In this document: one piece after another, positions 1-8,168 of the stretch
Layout: the number at the start of each line of letters is the position of its first letter
Numbering within the stretch: position 1 is the stretch's first letter
NCBI GenBank assembly: GCA_044226015.1
Contig: JBGAHS010000004.1
Location: 1 to 64,000, forward strand
From: Candidatus Obscuribacteraceae bacterium
GTDB lineage: Bacteria > Cyanobacteriota > Vampirovibrionia > Obscuribacterales > Obscuribacteraceae
DNA: 64,000 nt
Reading direction: 5' to 3'
The notes under the pieces: model-generated
What the model was told of the DNA's origin: nothing
Databases searched by the model: none
Seen by the model: the letters and a program-made list of their open reading frames with translations, nothing else
Position numbers and translations under genes: made by a program

Positions 1-2483
1 CACCGGCACAAGATACTGGATGGGGAGCACCGCCTCCAGCGCAAGCACCAGCACAAGATACTGGATGGGGAGCACCGCCTCCAGCGCAAGCACCAGCACA
101 AGATACTGGATGGGGAGCACCGCCTCCAGCGCAAGCACCAGCACAAGACACTGGATGGGGAGCACCGCCTCCAGCGCAAGCACCAGCACAAGACACTGCC
201 TGGGGAGCGCCGCCAGCGCAAGCCCCTGACACCGCGGGTAGTGCCTGGGGGGCAGCTGCAGCACCTGCAGCTGCGGGTGACGATGTCTGGGGAAGTACCG
301 CTCCAGAAGCTCCGTCAGCTGAAGGCTGGAATGAGTCTGGTTGGGATAACAAATCTGGAAGTGACGCATGGGAACAGACCGCTGAACCGGCGCAAGAAGC
401 CTGGGGCGAAGAAGCGCAAGCTGCTTCTGCTGTAGAAGGTTGGGGTGCTGAATCTCAAGGCGGAGAGCCCTGGGGTGAAGAACCGTCTCCGTCAGCAGAC
501 GCTTGGGGCGCTGCTACTGATCCACATCAGTCTCCAGAAGCTGCCTGGGGAGCTCAGGAACCTGAAGCTGACTGGGCTGCAGCAGAAGCCGAAGCTGCCA
601 GACCTGCCGCACAGTCGGCCGAGTCGTGGTCTGAAGATGCAGAGCAAATTCAGACAGGTATGTGGAAAGCATTTTCATTAGAAGATTCCGGACTTGGTCC
701 GACTAAGAAAGAACAGAAGCCCGCCATGCCTGTGGGCGAAATGTACGAAATGTCAATTCAAGAAAGATTGGCAATGCAGAGACAACAGGATGGAGACTCA
801 GCCGCGGCGCGTGTACAGCCACCGCCACCACCACCACCGAAGCCTTCAGCTCCTGAATTGCCTGCACATATGTCTCAAGCGCAGCCAAAGACAGGACCTG
901 CTCCTGTGCAAGGGCAGCCGGGCGGACCATTGCCTCCGCCACCACAACCAGCTGCCAACCCTACGATTCGTCCTATATCAAGACCGGCTCAGCCTGAACC
1001 TGCGGCAGCACTCCCAGCTCCGGCTGGACCACCGCCAGCTCCGGCTGCACCACCGCCACCACCTCCTGCAGCTCCTGCCGCTCAAGCACCCACGCCGCCG
1101 GTGCCACCTCCGGCTAGACCTGCCGCACCAGGAGTTCCTCCTGCGCCGCCAGCTGGCAAGCCAGCAATTCCCGGCAAGGTGCCTATAGCTGGACCAGGCG
1201 GTAAGCCGTTGCCTCCGAAACCGGGCAGTAAACCACCGGCTCCAGGAAGAATGCCACCACCACCCGGTGCTGGTGCAGCTGCCGCGGCCGCTGGCGCAAA
1301 TCGCATGAAGCTTGATGACAAAGACATGGATAAGATCTTTAAGAATATCGGTGTCAAAGAATCTGAACTAAATACTGGCGCAGTTTCGGAAGCTGCGGCG
1401 CCTGCACCTGCAGCGCCACCACCGCCGCCACCGCCGTTGCCACCTGGTATGTCGGCTCAACAGATTGCACAAATTCCGGGTGCTAAACCGGCACCACCAC
1501 CACCACCAATTCCAGGTGGAGCCCCACAGGCACCACCGCCACCACCACCGGTGCCCTCTAGACCGGGTGCTCCGCCGCCACCACCTGGAAAACCAGGAAT
1601 GCCAGGAGCCGTTCCGCCAGTCAGAGGTGCAGTGCCAGGTCAGCCACCCGCTAAACCGGCCATGGGCGGTGCCGCCCCACCGCCACCAGCACCGAAGCCG
1701 GGACCAGCGCCAGCTCAAGCTCCGCAAGCACCAGCTCAAAAGCCTGCAGGCATGAAGCCTCCAATGGCTCCGCCTCCGGCGAAGAAAGCTGCTGGAAGCG
1801 GTCTGCTTGGGGGCATCGACGATGATGCTATCAATAAAATGTTTGATAAATTAGGTGTGAAAGATCAGCAGCAATCTGCACCGGCTCCAAAAGTCAATGT
1901 TCGCGATGCAGTAAATACTGTGCGTAACGTTGCTCTGGAGACTGGCACCATCGCTAAGCCACCTCGAATTGAAGGTATTAGCAAGTTGGCTGCTTCCACA
2001 AGCAACGAACAAGACACTGGAAGCGGTAAGATCAATTCGATTGGAAAATTCCTTCTTGACCAACAAGACCAGCAACAGCTCGGTAAGCTGACTCAGCAAG
2101 ACCTGGCTGAGAGCAAGGTTAAGGTTTTGACTATGGAAGCCGCAGAAGACATTTACAAAATCTTGAATCACATCAAGACTTTGCCGATGGTTATGGGATC
2201 TTGTATTGTAGGTCACGATGGCATTCCGATTGCTAACAACCTGCCGCAAGATCAGGATCCTGAGACGATCGGAGCAACTGCTCTTGGAATTTATTTCAAT
2301 ACAACTAATACAATTCGCAAGATGGGTCATAACCACCTCTATCAATTGGTTGCCGCTACAGCAAATGGATTGCTAATTATTGCCGACTTCGGTGGTGGCA
2401 TTCTTATCACAGTTAGCAGCGCTAATCAGACTGAGCAGCTGATTCCGTTAATGCGTAATATCTCTCAAATCATTTCGCAATAG
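1..2483 (+). CDS. 5'-truncated large disordered protein: WG/GW-repeat acidic region, poly-proline region, C-terminal Roadblock/LC7 (MglB-like) domain
   Basis: Frame of ORF 660..2483 is open back to position 3 (PAQDTGWGAPPPAQAP...), so the gene starts upstream of the window. C-terminal ~115 aa (ILNHIKTLPMVMGSCIVGHDGIPIANNLPQDQDPETIGATALGIY...LYQLVAATANGLLIIADFGGGILITVS) fits the Roadblock/LC7 pattern. Confidence 0.85.
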   Translation, partial: PAQDTGWGAPPPAQAPAQDTGWGAPPPAQAPAQDTGWGAPPPAQAPAQDTGWGAPPPAQAPAQDTAWGAPPAQAPDTAGSAWGAAAAPAAAGDDVWGSTAPEAPSAEGWNESGWDNKSGSDAWEQTAEPAQEAWGEEAQAASAVEGWGAESQGGEPWGEEPSPSADAWGAATDPHQSPEAAWGAQEPEADWAAAEAEAARPAAQSAESWSEDAEQIQTGMWKAFSLEDSGLGPTKKEQKPAMPVGEMYEMSIQERLAMQRQQDGDSAAARVQPPPPPPPKPSAPELPAHMSQAQPKTGPAPVQGQPGGPLPPPPQPAANPTIRPISRPAQPEPAAALPAPAGPPPAPAAPPPPPPAAPAAQAPTPPVPPPARPAAPGVPPAPPAGKPAIPGKVPIAGPGGKPLPPKPGSKPPAPGRMPPPPGAGAAAAAAGANRMKLDDKDMDKIFKNIGVKESELNTGAVSEAAAPAPAAPPPPPPPLPPGMSAQQIAQIPGAKPAPPPPPIPGGAPQAPPPPPPVPSRPGAPPPPPGKPGMPGAVPPVRGAVPGQPPAKPAMGGAAPPPPAPKPGPAPAQAPQAPAQKPAGMKPPMAPPPAKKAAGSGLLGGIDDDAINKMFDKLGVKDQQQSAPAPKVNVRDAVNTVRNVALETGTIAKPPRIEGISKLAASTSNEQDTGSGKINSIGKFLLDQQDQQQLGKLTQQDLAESKVKVLTMEAAEDIYKILNHIKTLPMVMGSCIVGHDGIPIANNLPQDQDPETIGATALGIYFNTTNTIRKMGHNHLYQLVAATANGLLIIADFGGGILITVSSANQTEQLIPLMRNISQIISQ
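6..222 (+). repeat. 45-bp coding tandem repeat (4 near-identical copies plus a degenerate fifth) encoding AQDTGWGAPPPAQAP
   Basis: GCACAAGATACTGGATGGGGAGCACCGCCTCCAGCGCAAGCACCA at 6, 51, 96 and 141, head-to-tail with no spacers. Confidence 0.95.
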
Positions 2484-2655
2484 TTCAAATATAACTTGGC
2501 GATTCTGATTCTGACTGCGTTCTGGCAATAGTTCATTTATTGTTGGACAGCTGGCTTTGCCGTGCCTTCTGGGGGTATCATTTGACTGCTGTAGAAGCGA
2601 TGTCTCTTGGCATTCGCTTCATGAGCGGGTCCCTCTATAAGTTCAAAAGGCACAC

Positions 2656-4188
2656 ATGGAACTAATACTTGCAAAACCAAATTTTTCGGAGCTTTCTGCC
2701 GATGTACTTGTTGTCGGTGTTTTTCAGGATGAATCTCTTGGTGACGTAATAAAGCAAGCCGATCCTAAATTTCCGGCTGACTTACTTGCTGAACTTGAAG
2801 AACTCTGCAAAGTGGAAAACTTCAAAGGTAAAAGCAAAGAACAAATCAGCTTGTTCACCCAGAAGAAACTTCCCTGCCGAAGGCTGATCATTTGTGGGCT
2901 GGGTAAGAAAGCAGACTATAACAATAACTCAATTCGTAAGTTGACTGCGACATTTGCCAGACAATTCGCGTCAAAGCAAGCCTACCCACACCCGGCATTA
3001 TTTTTGCGTTTTGAATCGAAACCTGAAAATGTTCAAGCGTGTGTCGAAGGTTGGGTGCTGGGTTCTTATACTTTTAACGTGTATAAAACAGTAAAAGACA
3101 ATGGTACTGAGCCTGGTGATAAAACCAAGCGCCTGACGATGGTTGATGCTGGAAATCTCAGCGAAGAAGAGTTCGAAAGATTTTGTTGGCGCGGCCGCAT
3201 CATCGCCGAGTCCACCAATTTTGCGCGCGATTTGATTGCTGAGCCTGCTTGTAATATGACACCAACAAAGCTGGCTAGCGTAGCTGATTCGCTTAGTTCC
3301 GAAACAGTTACTTGCGAAATTCTTGAAGCTGACGAAGTTGCGAAGCTTGGTATGGGTGCTTTCCTTGGCGTTGCTCAAGGGTCTGCAGAGCCGCCGAAGT
3401 TTATTGCACTTCGCTACAAACATTCAAAAGCAAAAAAATCCATTGCTCTTGTGGGCAAAGGCATTACATTCGACTCCGGTGGACTTTCGCTTAAGACTGC
3501 GACTGGCATGGAAACAATGAAATATGACATGACCGGCGCAGCCGTTGTGCTTGGCGTTGTAAAAGCAATGCAAGAACTTCATGCACCAGTTTCAGTAATG
3601 GCTGTTATTCCTGCTTGTGAAAACATGCCCAGTGGAACTGCAACCAAGCCAGGTGACGTGTTGGTGGCAATGAATGGAAAAACCATTGAAGTAAACAATA
3701 CTGATGCTGAAGGGCGACTCACACTCGCGGATGCTCTCGTCTATGTCTGTCAGCAAAAGCCCGATGCAATCATTGATATTGCTACACTTACTGGTGCCGT
3801 CATTTCTGCTCTGGGCAAAGCTGCTGCCGGACTCATGGGGAACGACGACAAGCTTCTTGCTGACATGATTGAAGCTGGTTCTCGAGCTGGTGAAAAGTAC
3901 TGGCAGTTGCCTCTGTTCGACGAATACAAAGAAGGTCTAAAGAGTGACATTGCAGACCTTAAGAATGCTGGCTCTCGCGGAGAAGCCGGGTCATCGTCTG
4001 CAGGTATGTTCTTGAAAGAATTTGTTGACTCTACTCCGTGGGCGCATTTAGACATTGCTGGCTCATCATGGATGGACAAAGACAAGGAAGAGTTGAATAA
4101 GGGTGGTACCGCATTTGGTGTAAGGTCCATTTGCTATTACCTTCTTTCTGCAATGGACGGTGTTGAAAACGTTAAAGAACCTGTCTAA
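2656..4188 (+). CDS. pepA: leucyl aminopeptidase (M17)
   Basis: GKGITFDSGG, MKYDM and NTDAEGRL motifs. Confidence 0.95.
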   Translation: MELILAKPNFSELSADVLVVGVFQDESLGDVIKQADPKFPADLLAELEELCKVENFKGKSKEQISLFTQKKLPCRRLIICGLGKKADYNNNSIRKLTATFARQFASKQAYPHPALFLRFESKPENVQACVEGWVLGSYTFNVYKTVKDNGTEPGDKTKRLTMVDAGNLSEEEFERFCWRGRIIAESTNFARDLIAEPACNMTPTKLASVADSLSSETVTCEILEADEVAKLGMGAFLGVAQGSAEPPKFIALRYKHSKAKKSIALVGKGITFDSGGLSLKTATGMETMKYDMTGAAVVLGVVKAMQELHAPVSVMAVIPACENMPSGTATKPGDVLVAMNGKTIEVNNTDAEGRLTLADALVYVCQQKPDAIIDIATLTGAVISALGKAAAGLMGNDDKLLADMIEAGSRAGEKYWQLPLFDEYKEGLKSDIADLKNAGSRGEAGSSSAGMFLKEFVDSTPWAHLDIAGSSWMDKDKEELNKGGTAFGVRSICYYLLSAMDGVENVKEPV

Positions 4189-4219
4189 GTCTGGGCACTA
4201 GCTTCAGCTGCTTAATCGT

Positions 4220-4253
4220 AAAGCTCCCACTTCAATGGGAGCTTTATTTTTTT
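4220..4253 (+). terminator. intrinsic terminator after pepA
   Basis: AAAGCTCCCA-cttcaa-TGGGAGCTTT followed by a T-tract. Confidence 0.8.
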
Positions 4254-4352
4254 CGGAGCTATATTCTTTTTTTTCAGTACGGTATTTGTGGCAAGTAAAA
4301 ATCTGCACAACAAAAACTTCATTGTGCCACCAGAACTTGGCTCTTGTTGAAG

Positions 4353-6260
4353 CTAACTGCTGTGCACGACCCGCGCAATAGCTGTATCTACAAGTCGCGG
4401 ATCAGTCTGCCTGCGCGCGAAGACCAGGTATGCTTCCATCCATCGACGTAATTCGAGCAATACCGTCGAAACTGGCGTATTGCTAGCTTTTAGCTGACTC
4501 AAGTTAACGCTGACGCGACCGTCTTTATCTATATTGAAACGCGTTGAGCCATTACTGTTGCCGTGAACATAGTGCAGGCTAGATTCGAGCACATTTCTGT
4601 TAACGTCAACACCAAGAATATTGTTCAACTCCGCTGTCATTCGCTGAAACACAGCAAGAGGTTTGAACAATGAAGTCTGTTGAACTTCGACCAGGCGTTT
4701 GTCGATGAACAGTTGAACTGTTTTTAAAACCATATGTGTTGGCCATTCATCGAAGCTCTTAATGACTTCATCCAACGTAGTCAATCCATCAATGAGAGCT
4801 ACAACTCTGGGCATTTTTTGTTTGTCGTGTTCTGAAACAGGTGTTTCATCAAAATATTTCAGTGGAGCCTGCGCAATTTTCGCCCACTCTTCATCGAAGT
4901 TAAGCACACGTTCGAGAATCACATTGCGCTGTCCAGGTTGCATTGAAATGATCTGATTGACATTGTCCTGAAATAGAGCGGCATCGAGCAAAAGCTTATC
5001 CAGTGGAGAACGTAGCTGGCATGCTTCGTCCCATCCCCCATCAACAGTGCCATCTCGAAAAACAAAAATTCCCTCTGTCCAACTTACTAGGAACTCCGAT
5101 ACAGCATCGTGTCCAGCTAATTTGCCCAGTCGAGAATGTGTTGGACGCCCATCTTTGAACACGATGTTGAAGCTCTTATCTCTGTCTTCTACAGTGAGTG
5201 TGCCTGTTTTTTTCGCTGTTGCAATTGATTGCAATAAACCCGCCCCGTCGATTGCACCGAGTGAGCCAATCATCGAGTTCTTCATCGTTTCGATGCTTCT
5301 CTTCCTGCTGGCTGGAGATGAATCTGCTGTATCAACTTTATGATAGCCACCATAGAGGTATTGATCGTGCAGCAGAATTTCAAGTTCTCTTGTGTTGATG
5401 AAGCCTTTTCTGACGGCGAGTAGTCCGAGGAATGTTTTCTGGTGTCGTCCCCATCCTTCACCAGCCTGCATCTCAAGCAATTCTTCTAGCTGTGCCGCTG
5501 TGATAATTCCGGCTGCTACAAGATATCTGCCCAGCCTGAATGGCTTGTGATTGTGGTAGCAATTCGCCAGAAACTGAATTCTTGTGAATACCGGATAGAT
5601 AAAGTAGCTCGTCTCTAACTCTTGCAGTAGTCGAAGTGTTTCATCAGGGTGAATCTTATGGTGTGTTTCCATATGATTGATCATTGATTCCACTGATGTG
5701 TAATCATCAATGCACTGCAACACCCAGCCCTTCGTCGGAGCCAGTTCAAAGGCTTCTTTTGCTTGCTTGCCTCGAGGAGTCAGTACTGGAGTTGAAGTGT
5801 ACAAGATGTGATTTGCAAGAGTGCTGCCACCACCACGCATTCTTCTGCGGTCGATACCAGATACGGTGGCGCACACGTAGTCGGCCAGCATCGGATAGCG
5901 AGCAAAAATTCCAAATGGGCTGTCGTACACATTGAACGTGAGTCCACCACTAGGGTCATCTTTTGTCAAAGTTACAGCGGAGTCGGCTTTGATGAAAAGC
6001 AAGACGCCATGCGGCTTTAGTAAGCGTCGCGCGTAAGCATGGAATTTGACGAGCGAGTCGAGAGGCAATGAAAAACCAGTGTTCATCAAATCGATAACAA
6101 GACCGTCATATCGTTTCTCATCGCGCAGCAGTCTCTCAAACTCCGCGAAGAGATTCTCGCGATAAGCGTAAGTGAGATAATTCAAGCTAGAAGAATCGGC
6201 GAGCGTCTCCTCTTCGTCCGCAGACGAATTTCGGGTTCCACCATATTCAGGGCTCAACAC
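4353..6260 (-). CDS. DUF4388 (PatA-N-like) domain protein with MshEN-type c-di-GMP-binding motif
   Basis: RLGRYLVAAGIITAAQLEELLEMQ plus a second degenerate copy; GSLGAIDGAGLLQSIATAKKTGTLTV...G.F.F is typical of DUF4388. Confidence 0.75.
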   Translation of the reverse strand: MLSPEYGGTRNSSADEEETLADSSSLNYLTYAYRENLFAEFERLLRDEKRYDGLVIDLMNTGFSLPLDSLVKFHAYARRLLKPHGVLLFIKADSAVTLTKDDPSGGLTFNVYDSPFGIFARYPMLADYVCATVSGIDRRRMRGGGSTLANHILYTSTPVLTPRGKQAKEAFELAPTKGWVLQCIDDYTSVESMINHMETHHKIHPDETLRLLQELETSYFIYPVFTRIQFLANCYHNHKPFRLGRYLVAAGIITAAQLEELLEMQAGEGWGRHQKTFLGLLAVRKGFINTRELEILLHDQYLYGGYHKVDTADSSPASRKRSIETMKNSMIGSLGAIDGAGLLQSIATAKKTGTLTVEDRDKSFNIVFKDGRPTHSRLGKLAGHDAVSEFLVSWTEGIFVFRDGTVDGGWDEACQLRSPLDKLLLDAALFQDNVNQIISMQPGQRNVILERVLNFDEEWAKIAQAPLKYFDETPVSEHDKQKMPRVVALIDGLTTLDEVIKSFDEWPTHMVLKTVQLFIDKRLVEVQQTSLFKPLAVFQRMTAELNNILGVDVNRNVLESSLHYVHGNSNGSTRFNIDKDGRVSVNLSQLKASNTPVSTVLLELRRWMEAYLVFARRQTDPRLVDTAIARVVHSS

Positions 6261-6320
6261 GGTCTTGACTTCTTCTGCGAGGCATTCTGGCCTTTATATG
6301 CCCAGAAAGGACGCAATTCA

Positions 6321-7757
6321 CTATTTCTTTTTGACTAAAGGAGTAGTCACGCCCGCTGGGGCGCTTGCATCTTTCGGAGCTTCTGCTTTCTGTTCGAATT
6401 TACTATAACTTGGGTAGTAGCGGGCGGTTTCTGCAAGGTAAGGGTCAGGAGGGGCAATAAAAATCGCTTTTATCTGCCAGCCAGCTTTGAATTTGCCGAC
6501 ATCGAAAATAAGGTCATCTTTGCCTATGTTTATGAGGCGAAATCTGCTGCCTTTTCCAGCTGGCAACGACATTTCCACTACCTTGCTCGAAGAATCTAGC
6601 GAGCGGCCTTGCAAACCCAAGTATTTGGGAAGGCTAACCAGGGCTGAAGCGGACTTTGGGTCTGCCACGCAAGATTTTTCTACATCTGTGCGACCCTGAG
6701 CAAGGGCTTGCATAAACTGGTAAACCACAGAGAATGCGTCTTCATCTGGAATGGATGTGGCAACCTGAAAACCAGTGTCTGTGTTGCGCAGCCAGAATTT
6801 GTAGGTTGCTGATTCGGCTTCAGGCAAAAGGCGTTTGTTGCCGTTAGCATCGGTAGTGGCAATCATCTTACCCACATTGAAAATGAGATCGTTCCCGCGA
6901 AATCCGACTCTACCGGAAACATTGTTTGTCAGAAATGAAGGCAACTGTGTGTTGAAATCGGACTCTTCGACCCATCCGCCTTCACCCAGCTTGTAGGCAA
7001 TCAAAGCCAGCGAGCCATCTTCTGCATCGCCTGCAAGTATCAGCCTTCGCCCGGAATCCTTAATTGACACCATGCCGGCGTCTTTGATGTTTAAATCCTT
7101 GGACAATGCAATGTCCTGGAACCTAACGCTGACGCTGTTCACGACTTTCTTGTGCCGACCGACTCCAACAACAGTCTGGTGGACATCAAACCACTGCAAA
7201 AGCGCTTTATTGCGTTCTGTGGCTTTTGGAAACGTCCAGAGTCGAATTCCATTGGCTTCCAATACACGTGGCTTGAAGTCGCTAAGGTAAGGATTGTCTT
7301 TAATTAGCAGCACAGGTGAGAGTCTCAGTCCGCTCTGTGCTGCCAGGCAGCTGCGCAATCCAGCCAAGATTTGGCTGTAGGCTTGAGCCGAGGGCGCCGC
7401 CTTGTATGCTTTGACCGCCTGCTCTAGAGCTGCTGAATAGAATGTTTTCGCTGCTACGACCGGCTCTGCAGTTCCTTCCGTAGCAGCTGCATCGGGGTTC
7501 TGTTCCTGAGCAGAGCTGTCGGGACTTGTCTTTGCGGCTGCGGGCGCTGCGCTTGCTGTGCTTGCTGTCTTTTTGGCAGCAGTTGCGGCTACTGCGTTTG
7601 CCTGTTTTGCTGGCGATTTTATGACATTGCCTGGAACCACTGAGAGATAATGCTCTGAATCCTCTCCAAAGCAGGGTTGCAGACTCAAGGCGAGCAATGA
7701 AAGATACAGGTATATCTGGTGTTTGCTCTTTGGATATGCGCTTGTTGACTTATTCAT
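6321..7757 (-). CDS. secreted hypothetical protein
   Basis: 478-aa ORF with hydrophobic N-terminal signal, Ala-rich linker and globular C-terminal part. Confidence 0.7.
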   Translation of the reverse strand: MNKSTSAYPKSKHQIYLYLSLLALSLQPCFGEDSEHYLSVVPGNVIKSPAKQANAVAATAAKKTASTASAAPAAAKTSPDSSAQEQNPDAAATEGTAEPVVAAKTFYSAALEQAVKAYKAAPSAQAYSQILAGLRSCLAAQSGLRLSPVLLIKDNPYLSDFKPRVLEANGIRLWTFPKATERNKALLQWFDVHQTVVGVGRHKKVVNSVSVRFQDIALSKDLNIKDAGMVSIKDSGRRLILAGDAEDGSLALIAYKLGEGGWVEESDFNTQLPSFLTNNVSGRVGFRGNDLIFNVGKMIATTDANGNKRLLPEAESATYKFWLRNTDTGFQVATSIPDEDAFSVVYQFMQALAQGRTDVEKSCVADPKSASALVSLPKYLGLQGRSLDSSSKVVEMSLPAGKGSRFRLINIGKDDLIFDVGKFKAGWQIKAIFIAPPDPYLAETARYYPSYSKFEQKAEAPKDASAPAGVTTPLVKKK

Positions 7758-8107
7758 TTCATTTACTCTTCAAAGTTCAGATTTGCGGAACTCGCTCTGC
7801 AAGCGCCTCGCCTCTGCGCCTACAAGGGTCAATTATACGATCTGGCAAAGTTCTAAATCCCATACGCAAAGAAAGTGACGCGATTCTTTTAATTTCAGAC
7901 TAGAGTCCAGTCTCCGAGCTGGCTATTTTCGTCCTTCCAAATGCCATTAATAAGATGGGAGATTAGAACCTTTCTAATCTTTGTTTTGCAACTCCCGAAG
8001 TGACCGATCTGAGGATCTTGGCAGGCTGTTTTTTAATCTGATTATCTGTTTTTCAGAATTAATCAATGACAACCCCCTTTAAGCGTGGGGGAATTCCCAT
8101 TTATCGT

Positions 8108-8136
8108 TTGACTTGGGCGTTTCCGGGCTGTAGATT
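8108..8136 (+). promoter_or_regulatory. sigma70-type promoter of the LysM gene
   Basis: TTGACT-17 bp-TAGATT, ending about 30 bp upstream of ATG 8169. Confidence 0.5.
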
Positions 8137-8168
8137 ATTCCTCAGCTTGCAAAGGGAATGCGCACTCA

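Noticed and set aside
6..222. 45-bp repeats as a CRISPR array, and ORF 20..229 (MGSTASSAS...) as a gene
   Set aside because: Repeats are head-to-tail without unique spacers and have a codon-multiple length; the real frame is the one continuous with 660..2483.
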